Shown one piece after another: positions 37,183 to 47,389 of a stretch of DNA of 64,000 nucleotides. A program made the translations under genes and the position numbers. The DNA is from Schmidtea nova. Its lineage: Eukaryota. Location of the stretch: positions 407,092,001 to 407,156,000 of the forward strand of contig CM097882.1 of the NCBI GenBank assembly GCA_044892505.1. The letters are read 5' to 3'. The notes under the pieces are model-generated. The model searched no databases. It was not told the DNA's origin and worked only from the letters and a program-made list of their open reading frames with translations. Within the stretch, counting starts at the first letter, position 1. Each line of letters starts with the position of its first letter.

Positions 37183-38330
37183 TCAAACCAGTACTGTTCG
37201 ATTGGAAGTAATTTGTACTTCATTTTCAAAAACTCCATATATAATTACATGAACCGGTTCATCAATGGGTTTTGCAAACTTTATATCAAGTCGTAAATTT
37301 CCGTTTTGAGGGATTTGACTTTGATTCAAATCAAAATCGGTAGCGAGCACAAATGTAAAGAATGGATATTTAGTTTTAAATTCATCCAGACTTATACCAC
37401 AATTTAAGTTTTTATCCAAATATTCTAGATTTCTGACAAGACTTTGCATATATGTGGCACTAAAATTATCATTTTCAAAATCTTGAGTTTAAGTTTTTCG
37501 AAAATCGGTATTTTTCGATAACGATAATGAAGTCACATTGAAATGTTTGAATGTAGGTGCAGATTCAGCATATGATCTGTTATATTGATTTTCAGTTTGA
37601 AAAGCCACAAGAATGAAATTAGGCATTCTTCTATCTCCAAATATTTGCTCCTTGTAAAATGACGATGCCCTTTTACCGATTGCAAACGAGACGATTTCTT
37701 TGGATTTTAGTGGATAAATTGCATGTTTGTTAAATCAATTTGATGACCGGCCAAAACTGAAGATTCACATCGAACTCTTCGAACCATTAATTTAGCATCT
37801 ACTAATTGGATTATTGGTTTCCCAGCTGCAGATTTCAATGATAATGAAGATTCAGATCTCTTCAATCTAATATGTACATTAACTCCGGGAAGTAAATATT
37901 TAGGTTGATCCATAAAATCGAGTTGTAATGATGAACACATGTTGAAAAGTTTAGATCCCTTGATCCACTTTTTCCTATCATCAGATGAACCATATCCCAT
38001 TGGAGTAAGACATGTTTCTTTTGTATCGCTAGTATAATTTAAAACAGTTACGATTATGGCCTTGTGTGCATATGTATTGTTTCCACCCTCAATTTTTATA
38101 TTATTAAATCCAAGAATCGCATCTTTGAAGAGTATGAAACAGCTAATTATTAGGCACTACATCACTCGCATCAACTAATTAATTTTTATCTTTATCTAGA
38201 ACCTTGACAGTAACGGATAATAAAGTATCGTTCAAATCCAAATATTCGGTTGCCGATCCATTAATGTAAAATTCAACATCATTTCTACTATCTGTAATAG
38301 AATTAATTGGAAAAACATCTTCGATAATCC
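37183..38330 (-). pseudogene. MCP: Double jelly-roll major capsid protein (N-terminus missing, stops and frameshifts)
   Basis: FPINSIT..VEFYINGS..EYLDLNDTLL, QPKYLLPGVNVHIRLKR, MPNFILVAF, TFKHFNV, GNLRLDIKFAKP...IIYGVFENEVQI...R.V. Confidence 0.9.
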
Positions 38331-39009
38331 CAATGTTTTAACTAGGTTATTGTCAAAGGTTATTTCGCTAACATCTGCATTCAAACTGAATTTGAAGTAA
38401 GTATCATCTACCAATTCCAACGATTTAAAAATACTTGCACAATTTAGAATAAAATATGATTGCATTTCATCCAGTTTCGATATGTATAAATTATCGGCAA
38501 ATGTATGTATAAATGCAGTATCAGCCTTGTACTCGATCTTTATTCTAATTTTTTCAGTAACTGGACCATCTATACCATATGACGGTAACGGTATCTTGTA
38601 TGTATCTGTAGGACTTACAATACTCTGTTTCGTTAATCCCATTCTTTTTGCCATTGCCAAAGTATCAAATGTTATAGTGAAGGAAAAATAATCACAGGTA
38701 AAATAAATAGATTGCCTATCGCTACTCATTTGAGCAATATCATCGGCAGGATTAGATATATCAATTTCACAAAATTGATTGTTAATAATCAAATTTTTAT
38801 ATTTTGTATGTATAGTTTTCTTTTTGTACCGAATTTCTGATTTACTGTAAAATGGAAATGGATTATACACAAATGTAGTCTAAGAGAGCGACTTCCCAAA
38901 TCCCGTCTAAATATATCGGATTTTGGAGATTGACCATGAAATTACTGGAAGTATTATCTGGATGTATATCTGGACAACTGTTGCTAGGTAGAATCATATA
39001 AAAATTCAT
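38330..39009 (-). pseudogene. Minor capsid (penton) protein, C-terminus lost
   Basis: MNFYMILPSNS...PDNTSSNF.V.LQNPIYLDGIWEVAL; its ATG overlaps the integrase TGA (ATGA). Confidence 0.85.
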
Positions 39010-40050
39010 TTTACTAGGTTTTTTGATGATATCCATGATGGTTCTTTATATCCATGCAACTTGACATAGTATTGTTTATCCTTACCCACCATTTTAGATT
39101 TCAGGATTTTTTGAATTCTAAATATTGTCGGCGGGGGAATAACTTGTAATTCATGTTCGTAGAATTTTCCGCTGATTATATTGTTATCAGAGTCAGAAAT
39201 AGTATACATGACAGGATTCTGGACTGTGTTGACTTTCGATATTTAATATACCTCATCACTCCAATTATTATCAAAATTTTTAATGAATGGCGATGCACTA
39301 ATTTTGCTAATTCGAACATGATCACCAATTTTATATTTTGGTTTCTTTATTTTCGTATCACTCAAAATATTTTCAGTATCAACTACTTCTGCCGGTTTCC
39401 TACCATTTATACCCGGATGAGCACTATGATTATAACTATGAATCATTTGAGGTAAAAAATTAATCCAGGTTTTATTGCCTTTAAAAACAAAGTATTTTTT
39501 CAATCGATCACGCAAAGTTCGATTAAATCTCTCGACATGAGCTGCTTTGAATTGCGAGAATACCGAATAATGATTTATTCCCTTGATAACTTCCTTGACT
39601 TTACTGTTGTAAAATTCCTTTCCTAAAAATTATTAAATATATAAATTTATATTTAAATTTACCCAAATCGGTTTGTAAATTAGTTGGCCGATCCTTTTTC
39701 ATCATTGTCTTGATAGCGATTGCCCTGTCATTAGCTGATTTAGATTTGACTGCAATTGCTCGAGCAAATCTACTGTAAACATCAATACATGTTAAAATAT
39801 ACTTGTATCCCTTGTTAAAAGCAGAATACGGAATCATTTCCATCAAGTCCATTTGCCACAAATCATTGATTCTATATGTTTTATATGCTCGAGTTGGAAA
39901 CCGTTTCAACATCGGTTTGTTTAGACTGTATGCAAGTTGCCCCGATAACCAACTTTGTGTCTGTTGTTTCTACTTCTGTACTTTTTTCCTTAGCTTTTCG
40001 ACTCCACCGAAACCGGCGTCGTCTTTTAGGTTCGTCCAGATCTTCTCCAT
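39006..40050 (-). pseudogene. INT: Retroviral-like DDE integrase with a C-terminal chromodomain; one 40-nt intron; frameshifted
   Basis: GFGGVEKL, WQMDL, QTDLG^KEF (after splicing out 39623-39662), AAHVERFNRTL, YKIGDHVRI, GKFYEHELQ, FRIQKIL...YYVK..GY..SW. Confidence 0.93.
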
Positions 40051-40105
40051 TACAACAAGAAGATTTAAAGTTTAAATTTAAATTAGGTAATGATTGACCC
40101 ATTGT

Positions 40106-40645
40106 TTATGACCTTTGTCCTAATAAACCAGCACCTCCCAATAATGATAAAGCTAGTGGTAACAATGCGGCAATAAATCCTCCTTGTTGTTTATATATTA
40201 TTTTGCGAATAAGTTTTCGATTTTTTGTTTTTACAAGCGACAACAATGGTTTTTTATGCTTGTTCAAAACACGTCGATTAGATGGACTTAGATGCATTTT
40301 ACCTCTCACTACTTTAATCAAAATAGCGAGTAAATCATCGATAACGTAATTAGGAAACGATTGAAGAATACCCATAGCGGAAGGGGCTTTAAGCAATGCA
40401 TTAAAAAACGGTAAACTCCGATGATGTATTTGTTTAGCATTAGATTTCAAATTAATTGGAATTAGATTTTGTTTGGGAAAATTATCCATAATTAGTTTTT
40501 TCGATGGCGTATAACTTGTTTTCGAAACTGATTTTGAAACGGATTTCTTTGACAATTTCTTTTTTCGACCTGCTTTCTTACCTATTTTCATTGATTTTCG
40601 AGCTTTTATCAATCGTTCAAACTTTACTCGAGATTTCATTAACAT
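40106..40645 (-). CDS. Conserved basic Polinton protein with an adenovirus pX-like C-terminus (putative core protein)
   Basis: Lys-rich N-terminus, then VRGKMHL..L.KHK..L..L...KQQGGFIAALLPLALSLLGG. Confidence 0.7.
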   Translation of the reverse strand: MLMKSRVKFERLIKARKSMKIGKKAGRKKKLSKKSVSKSVSKTSYTPSKKLIMDNFPKQNLIPINLKSNAKQIHHRSLPFFNALLKAPSAMGILQSFPNYVIDDLLAILIKVVRGKMHLSPSNRRVLNKHKKPLLSLVKTKNRKLIRKIIYKQQGGFIAALLPLALSLLGGAGLLGQRS

Positions 40646-40665
40646 TATTATTACTGTAAATCAAT

Positions 40666-41268
40666 TTAACTTTGTTTATAAAACATTGCTCCTTCCTTGT
40701 TAAAAATATCAGTTCTAACTCTTAAATCATCACTACATTGTTGAGTAAAATCCAGGAAAATATATCCATGAGGAGATTTTGTAGCATCTTGAAAGGCCTC
40801 CATCAAAAAGTTACGATTTGAAGGATAAGCTTGTCTTGCCAGAAAATCAATAACTGTTGCATCTCTAGGATTTTTAAACACAACAAGATATTGAACATTT
40901 AAATTACGGGTTCGATGACTACCGCCCTGATGAAATAAATTCTGAGTTATAAAAATAACAGTAACACCTTTATGTCTACTGATTTTCGTAAATAAATTAT
41001 TGAAATCCTTTTCTTTATTTGCTTCTTGATACAAGTCATCAATGATAATCACATCACCTTGAAGCAATCTAGATGACCAGTTTTTATCGAAACCTTTTAT
41101 GATTGTCATTTTTATTTTACAAAACTGATCTTGAGTCATTCCGCTTTCGTCGTCAGCTCCCCTATGCCAATAAATTTTATTGAATTTTGATTTAAATAAT
41201 TTCGATTGCAATAATTTACAAACAAATAAAGTTTTTCCACTCCCGCTCGGACCAACAATTTGAAACAC
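40666..41268 (-). CDS. ATPase: A32/FtsK-like genome packaging ATPase
   Basis: GPSGSGKT (Walker A), IIIDDL (Walker B), SRH...FITQNLF, FKNPRD, HGYIFLD; start codon not resolved. Confidence 0.95.
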   Translation of the reverse strand: MFQIVGPSGSGKTLFVCKLLQSKLFKSKFNKIYWHRGADDESGMTQDQFCKIKMTIIKGFDKNWSSRLLQGDVIIIDDLYQEANKEKDFNNLFTKISRHKGVTVIFITQNLFHQGGSHRTRNLNVQYLVVFKNPRDATVIDFLARQAYPSNRNFLMEAFQDATKSPHGYIFLDFTQQCSDDLRVRTDIFNKEGAMFYKQS

Positions 41269-41388
41269 TGCATCATTTCCTAATTCCTTATTTAAAAATT
41301 ATATTAAATTATTATTATTATTATTGTTTATATTTGTTTTAAATACTCGTTCTCAAAGTAATTGTTTCATTTAAAAATATTTTCAGTA

Positions 41389-41818
41389 ATGATTAGAAAC
41401 ATTAATTACAAGGGTAAGACAGATGTATCACACATGAAATTAAAAATACTTTAAAAAATACTTTAAAACAGGAAGATATAGAATAATGGGATGCAGGGAA
41501 TTTATTAGTGACGAATAAGTTGAGTTTTACGATTTAACAATACAATCGATAACTGTAACTGCGGATTTAGGATTTATTTGTAATTTAAATGAATTATCTA
41601 AATTGATACCGTGTGTTTACAAGCCAGAATTATTTCCAGCTTTGAGATATATCAAATATAATCCCATGTGTGTAAATATATTTGCAAGTGGGAAATTAGT
41701 CATATTAGAATTAAAAAACAAAGACTATTCAACTATAGTTGATGATATTATTAACGATATAAAATCAATTATAGAAGATAAAGCCTTTGTTGATTTCATA
41801 CTAACATGTGAATCATGA
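41389..41818 (+). pseudogene. TATA-binding-protein-like gene
   Basis: MIRNINYKGK...YFKTGRYRIMGC (repeat 1) and IQSITVTADLGF..NLNEL....YKPELFPAL.....NIFASGKLVI (repeat 2). In-frame TAA at 41516 and a disruption near 41445. Confidence 0.8.
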
Positions 41819-41844
41819 CTGCAATATTGATGCACTCTAAATGC

Positions 41845-41975
41845 ACGATTCTGATTGGTTCTGTGTGTATTTCGAGAATAAAGAAATGTTGTGCATGCTT
41901 GAATCTGATTGGTTCAGTATGTATCATTTTGCAAATCATGTGTGTTTCTTTCATATGTATATATACTATGAACAA
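41845..41975 (+). promoter_or_regulatory. Probable promoter: two CCAAT boxes and a TATA-like run
   Basis: CTGATTGGTTC occurs twice and TATATATA once, upstream of the ATG at 42001. Confidence 0.45.
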
Positions 41976-42000
41976 ACTGACATAGTTTATATCTACAATT

Positions 42001-42592
42001 ATGTCATTAACACAAACTTTGATTAAAAGCCGTAAGGATTTTAATTATTTATTTATCATATTTAATATTATTTCTTTTTTTAGAAAAATTAATGAATGTG
42101 ATATACAGGAAGTTGGAGGAGCTATTTCCGAACCTGATGCCGGCTCTGGTTTACACCGCTCTAGAAATTTTCCCCTATAAGATAATGGTCCTCACTGATA
42201 TCGACATCAACCAGATCGTGCTGGACCACATGACGGATCAGAATACCGATCTACCCATTGTGACAGAGCACATTCTCTGTGCTTACCAATGTGGTAGCTG
42301 TGTTGAACGCATCCGGCAGTTCAACATCTGGGTTTTGAGGAACTCCCTCAAATTATTCGATACACGACAATTGGAAAAAGTTGAGGAGGAGGAAGAGCAA
42401 ATAAAAGAAACATGGCCCAACTCTACTCCAGAACCGATTGATAATTCAATCAATATGGAAGCACCAACAATAGATGGACCGTTTCCATTAGAATCACCAC
42501 AATCACCTGATTGTGTGGAATGTCATCGAAAGATAGATGATAATGAAGGAAAAGAAGAACAAGAAGAAGAAGAACAACAACAACAACAATGA
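42001..42592 (+). CDS. Spliced Polinton accessory gene (Cys pairs, acidic/Gln-rich tail)
   Basis: Exon 1 is 42001-42031. The GTAAGG...TTTAG intron (42032-42083, 52 nt, phase 1) joins in frame to ORF 42092-42592. Confidence 0.65.
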
Positions 42593-43071
42593 TCAATTTG
42601 GTGTGTGTTTATTATTATCAGTTACTTTTTATGTAATAACTTTTTAGTTTTAGTTTTTTGTCATTTTAGTTTAGTTAAATAAAAGTTTTTTCATTTTAGT
42701 TTTTGTTTTCAGTTATTTAAATAATAATAATAATAATAATAATAGTAATAGGTTTTTTATTAAACATTTAAAAATTTTTAGTAGTAGTAGTTTTTATTAA
42801 CTATATATAAAAAAAGTAAATAGTTTTTATTAATTATTAATTAATTAGTAAGAAAGTGTTTTTTATGAAAGATAATAATTGTGAAATAAATAAATAAATA
42901 CATAACAACATTAGTATCAGAACATTGCGATCAGAACCCTGGAAGCAGAACCTATTCTGTGATGGTTTTTTTATGTGCAAAAGCTTCATACTTGAACATA
43001 TACATAATTATTAAACATGCATGCATACAACAAAGACATTGCAATACAAATGCATAGTGTGTGCAACATAA

Positions 43072-43572
43072 ATGCGTGAATATGATTGGACAAAGACATC
43101 CAGTCATCAGTATAAATACAAAGTCATTTTTTCAAATATTGTCACAATCTACAACATGCAATCACGAAAACAAAATTTAGATATCAGCGAAGAAAAAATA
43201 ATTCAGACTGAGGTAAAACCAATTCAGATGTACTATGACAGCCGAATTTATTTTTTGGTTAATGAAATACCGTTTCGATTATCTTATCCGGTAAAGTTAA
43301 CAAAGTCTTTATATGATAGTCTTGCTGTAATTATTGATAAACAAGATATTATAGCATTAAATCAATTATTTTCAAAAATCAATGTTAATTTAACTTGTAA
43401 AGAAACCATGTACATCAATAACAGAAAAACTCGGTTCCATGATGCTTTTCAAACTATCGAATTCGTGGATCAAGAACACTGGTTCGTTACAATAATTATT
43501 CAAGGGTACAAGATTGGTAAAAAGGATGTTTTTACTCCAATTTGGAGAGTTGACAATGCAAGATACGCATAA
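43072..43572 (+). CDS. Polinton accessory protein, weak OB-fold/SSB resemblance
   Basis: Intact ORF with beta-rich C-terminus FVTIIIQGYKIG...TPIWRVDNAR. Confidence 0.5.
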   Translation: MREYDWTKTSSHQYKYKVIFSNIVTIYNMQSRKQNLDISEEKIIQTEVKPIQMYYDSRIYFLVNEIPFRLSYPVKLTKSLYDSLAVIIDKQDIIALNQLFSKINVNLTCKETMYINNRKTRFHDAFQTIEFVDQEHWFVTIIIQGYKIGKKDVFTPIWRVDNARYA

Positions 43573-43637
43573 TTGTTATTTAATAAATATTTTAGTATGA
43601 ACAATTTTAGTTTTTATATTAGTTTTTTGTTTTTAAA

Positions 43638-44237
43638 ATGAAATTAAATATGGTTATTTTATTGTTATTATGTGTTCACAATACTGAAGGAGAACAATCT
43701 TTGGAAGATTGTCAATCATCCCATCCGTTTAGAAGACAAGATAGTACTTGCGCGAGTTATAATGAAATATGTGTTTACTCAAACATTGAATGCAGTCAAA
43801 TAAAATTACAATGTGATCAATGTCCTTCGAAAAATAATTTAATTAATAATGATATTGAAAAAATGATTACCAAAATAATGATGAAAATAGTTGAAAGATT
43901 AAAATCTACAAATCAAACTTTTCTTAAAAAACAATATGAAGTCAGATACCAAAATCAAACAGTTGAAAACGAAATAACAACCATTGTATTACATTATATA
44001 AGTATATTTATATTAATAATTATACTGATATTAGCGACATCGATACGGTTAGAGAAAATATCTAATATTCCAAAGAATAATATTCCGAAAAATAATAATA
44101 ATAATAATAATAATATTCCGATGAATAATATTACAATGAATAATATTCCTATGAATAATATTCCGAGTAATAATTTAGATGTAAATAATTTTGAAACGAA
44201 ATTTTGTACACGCACACAACAATATATTTATAAATAA
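43638..44237 (+). CDS. Type I membrane protein with a Cys-rich ectodomain
   Basis: Signal peptide MKLNMVILLLLCV, six Cys in about 40 aa, a transmembrane stretch IVLHYISIFILIIILILATSI and an NNIP-repeat tail. Confidence 0.65.
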   Translation: MKLNMVILLLLCVHNTEGEQSLEDCQSSHPFRRQDSTCASYNEICVYSNIECSQIKLQCDQCPSKNNLINNDIEKMITKIMMKIVERLKSTNQTFLKKQYEVRYQNQTVENEITTIVLHYISIFILIIILILATSIRLEKISNIPKNNIPKNNNNNNNNIPMNNITMNNIPMNNIPSNNLDVNNFETKFCTRTQQYIYK

Positions 44238-44254
44238 ATTTTATTTTGTCTTTG

Positions 44255-44606
44255 TCTTTGTATTTTCAATGTCTTTGTTAATATTGCACATGAATTGCAA
44301 AGTCTTTGTTCACGTTGCATATCAATTGCACATGTATTGCAAAGTCTTTGTTTACGTTGCACATGTCTTGCAATGTTTTCGATGACTCATATTTGTATTA
44401 AAAAAAAAATTTTGAAAAAAAAATTTAAAAATTTTTGGCGCGAAAAAAAAATTTGCAAAAAAAATTTTGGCGCGAAAAAAAATTTTTATGAGTCATCAAA
44501 AAAATTCTACCCCCCGGGGGAGGGGGTCTTTGTTCTTTTTTTCCGCCCACGCCACTACTCAATGAGTCATAATGTCTTTGTTCCCGGCTCCACACATCTA
44601 CCTACT
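44255..44606 (-). repeat. Right TIR of Polinton 2
   Basis: Inverted match to 32268-32725, with fewer subrepeat units; ends ...CATCTACCTACT. Confidence 0.92.
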
Positions 44607-45300
44607 CTCAGAAAACGGTAAAACTATAACAGAACCAATGCAATCATTCAAGTTACTTTTATTTATTTCATTATTATTATTACAATCAACACCATTATTC
44701 ATTCCCATAACAACATCACTTGCTTCAATCAAAGAAGCACTATCAAAAGTATTAAACGGATCAACACCAGGAGAAATTTTTTCATCAATCACATTCAACT
44801 TATTAATACATTTATCAACAGTTTCACTCACCATTCGTTGCAAGATACATTTTGAATATCCATTATTCTGTAGTAATTTAAGTAATTTATCAATATTATT
44901 TACAGATTTAGAATAAGTTGACGGCAATGTCCAAGAACGATAAACCAATCCCCTTATCATATTTCTTTTATATTTAAAATCACAAAAACTTTCCGGTGAT
45001 GTATACAAACCAGTATCTGTTGTTTTCCTATAAATTTCGGTTTCAAAATGTTTCTCTTTCTTTTCAATCAACAAATCAAGAAAAGATATTTTAGAATTAA
45101 TTTCTTCTTCAAAAGTAAATTTAATATTTTTATGCAAATTATTCATATAATAGAAAAAAGGCTCAACATGTTCTTTATTCTTAAATACAAGAAAAATATC
45201 ATCAACATAACGTTTATATACTAAGGGTTTATTCACACTACAATTTATAAATTCATTTTCTAAACTTGACATAAAAATAGATGCCAGTGTAGGAGCTAAA
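44607..45300 (-). pseudogene. Penelope reverse transcriptase, C-terminal part
   Basis: LAPTLASIFM, RYVDDIF, NIKFTFEEE, ISFLDL, YRKTTDTGLY, NGY. Confidence 0.93.
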
Positions 45301-45836
45301 GAAATTAATTCTAAAATATCATTTCTTGATTTGTTGATTGAAAAGAAAGAAACATTTTGAAACCGAAATTTATAGAATCAAAAATTAATTACCACAACCA
45401 TATGGATAATCTACTGAACTAACAAGAGCAAATTTATATACTTTCTCTCATGGGTTCGGACTATTTCTCTGAAATTGCTTAATTACTGTTTTTCAATTGG
45501 TTCGTGATTTACATCTTCTTTAGGTGAAAATAATTCCTTTAAATATTTTCTACTGTTCTTTATTTGTAATTCCTTATCCATTTGATTTCTGTTCTAGTTA
45601 TTTCCTTAGTTTTTATTGTTTTTCAATAATTTTCTTTCGTCATTGTTCGGTTACAATTTTTTTTCAGATATTGTTATTTGAATTTTTTCTATAGCAATTT
45701 TTTAAATTTGTTAATCTGTTTTGTGTTTTGTGTTTGATTTTATATTTTCTTTCATTTTCGTTTGATAATGTTTAATTATAATTTAATATAAAAAATAACA
45801 ATCATACAATAGAAAAGGGGGTCGCTATGCGCCTAA

Positions 45837-45879
<43 letters not shown>

Positions 45880-47389
45880 TAATAATAATAATAATAAATA
45901 ATAATAATAATTTTTTTATTATTATTATCAATAATTCTCATAATGATGACTATAGATCAAAATTTCTTTTTATAAACAATATATATTTTTATAAACAANN
46001 NNNNNNNNNNNNNNNNNNNNNNNNNNNNNNNNNNNNNNNNNNNNNNNNNNNNNNNNNNNNNNNNNNNNNNNNNNNNNNNNNNNNNNNNNNNNNNNNNNNN
46101 NNNNNNNNNNNNNNNNNNNNNNNNNNNNNNNNNNNNNNAATAATAATCACAATAATACAAATAATTCAACATTTACAGAAAGTAATAAATACTATATAAT
46201 GTATATATCACGCACAGAATAATATCTTACTTTACAAATGTTTCTAACCACATCATTATCTGTGGTTCGGAATATCGTGAGCAATGAGAATGATTGTTAT
46301 TTTTGTACGTATTTGAAATAATAATAATGTAGATACGCACAATACTGTTTGAAACTGTCATGATCACACATATGAGAAATATATCCACGTGGTTGAGAAT
46401 AGCTAAGTTTTTTAAGTTTATTGATAGACTGACGTTTTTTATCGATGAGAAAGTTAATGTTAAATTTTATTATTTCTTTTTTTTCTTTATTATTTTCATT
46501 ATTTGTTTTGCGAATTTATTGTTAGACAAATAAACATTTATTTTCGCTGAATATAACTTGCCATCGGTCTGGAGAATTTTTCCGTTCGCAATATTAAAAT
46601 TTTTATTACGAATTTTCTTGATGTGAGTTCGGTTTCCGAGTTTTGAGGACTGAGTTGTGCTCTTGGTTGATATTTATTCAGTACTACCTGAATTTTATTA
46701 TTTATAAAAATGTTTACTCTTTCCCGGATTTTAGCTCTGCGTGAAATAATTATTTCGTTATTATTGAATTCTATTTGAACTCAATCCGTTTTAATACTGA
46801 GATTTATCATTTCTTATTGAGCTTTTACTTTTGTCCATCGATTATTCATATATGTCACATTATCATAAAGGAGCTTCCCGTAAAATATTGAAAGACTGTA
46901 AATGAGATTTACTTCTAAGTTTTCGTATTTGACAAAAGATTTTCTTTTATTCAATGCCTCGATTGTATAGTTTTGAAAAATAACTTGAACTTTCTGTTGT
47001 TCTTCTGCTTTCCAAAATACTTTGATTTCATTTATCAATCGGTTCAATTTCAACAAAGTTTCTTTACTTATTTGTCCAATTGCGAATTTGTATTAAATTA
47101 TATTTTACTCAATCTTTCTTTTTAAATATCAAAATAAAATTTGATCCTTTGTACCTAAGGAACTTTGGAACTTTACTCGTCTTATTTTCCTTCCATTACG
47201 ATCCCAAAAGATTTAACATTAAAATTTACAAAACAAGTATTTTTGTTTAATACTGCTGCAAAATTTGGAATGTAATTAAATTTATTGTTCGAAACATTTT
47301 CAAATTAAACACTACCAATAACTAAAATTATTTCATTTTTCAAAGAGTTTAATTTCTTTAAATTTACATTTTACAGCATAAAATAATAG

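Larger units (their letters stand above)
32268..44606. mobile_element. Polinton/Maverick element 2, both ends present, pPolB mostly deleted (12.3 kb)
   Basis: TIRs A(A/G)TAGGTAGATGTGTGGAGCCGGGAACAAAGAC; TSD CTCAGA at 32262-32267 and 44607-44612; INT, ATPase, PRO, MCP and penton genes. Confidence 0.96.
31680..45375 (-). mobile_element. Penelope-like retroelement (5'-truncated), split by Polinton 2
   Basis: RT (LAPTLASIFM, YKRYVDD, FLDL..YRK.T) at 44607-45300 and GIY-YIG (VYRFTC..C..YIGET.R....R..EH) at 31842-32267 rejoin in frame across the TSD. A hammerhead core lies downstream. Confidence 0.92.

Noticed and set aside
41270-41350. Intron at the ATPase 5' end
   Set aside because: AT-rich GT...AG candidates exist, but no upstream exon with an in-frame ATG was found.
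41841-42026. 61-aa ORF with repeated SDWF
   Set aside because: The repeat is CTGATTGGTTC (CCAAT box) upstream of a spliced gene; better explained as a promoter.
42480-42530. LxCxE Rb-binding motif (E1A-like oncoprotein)
   Set aside because: The closest match is PDCVE; the Leu is absent.
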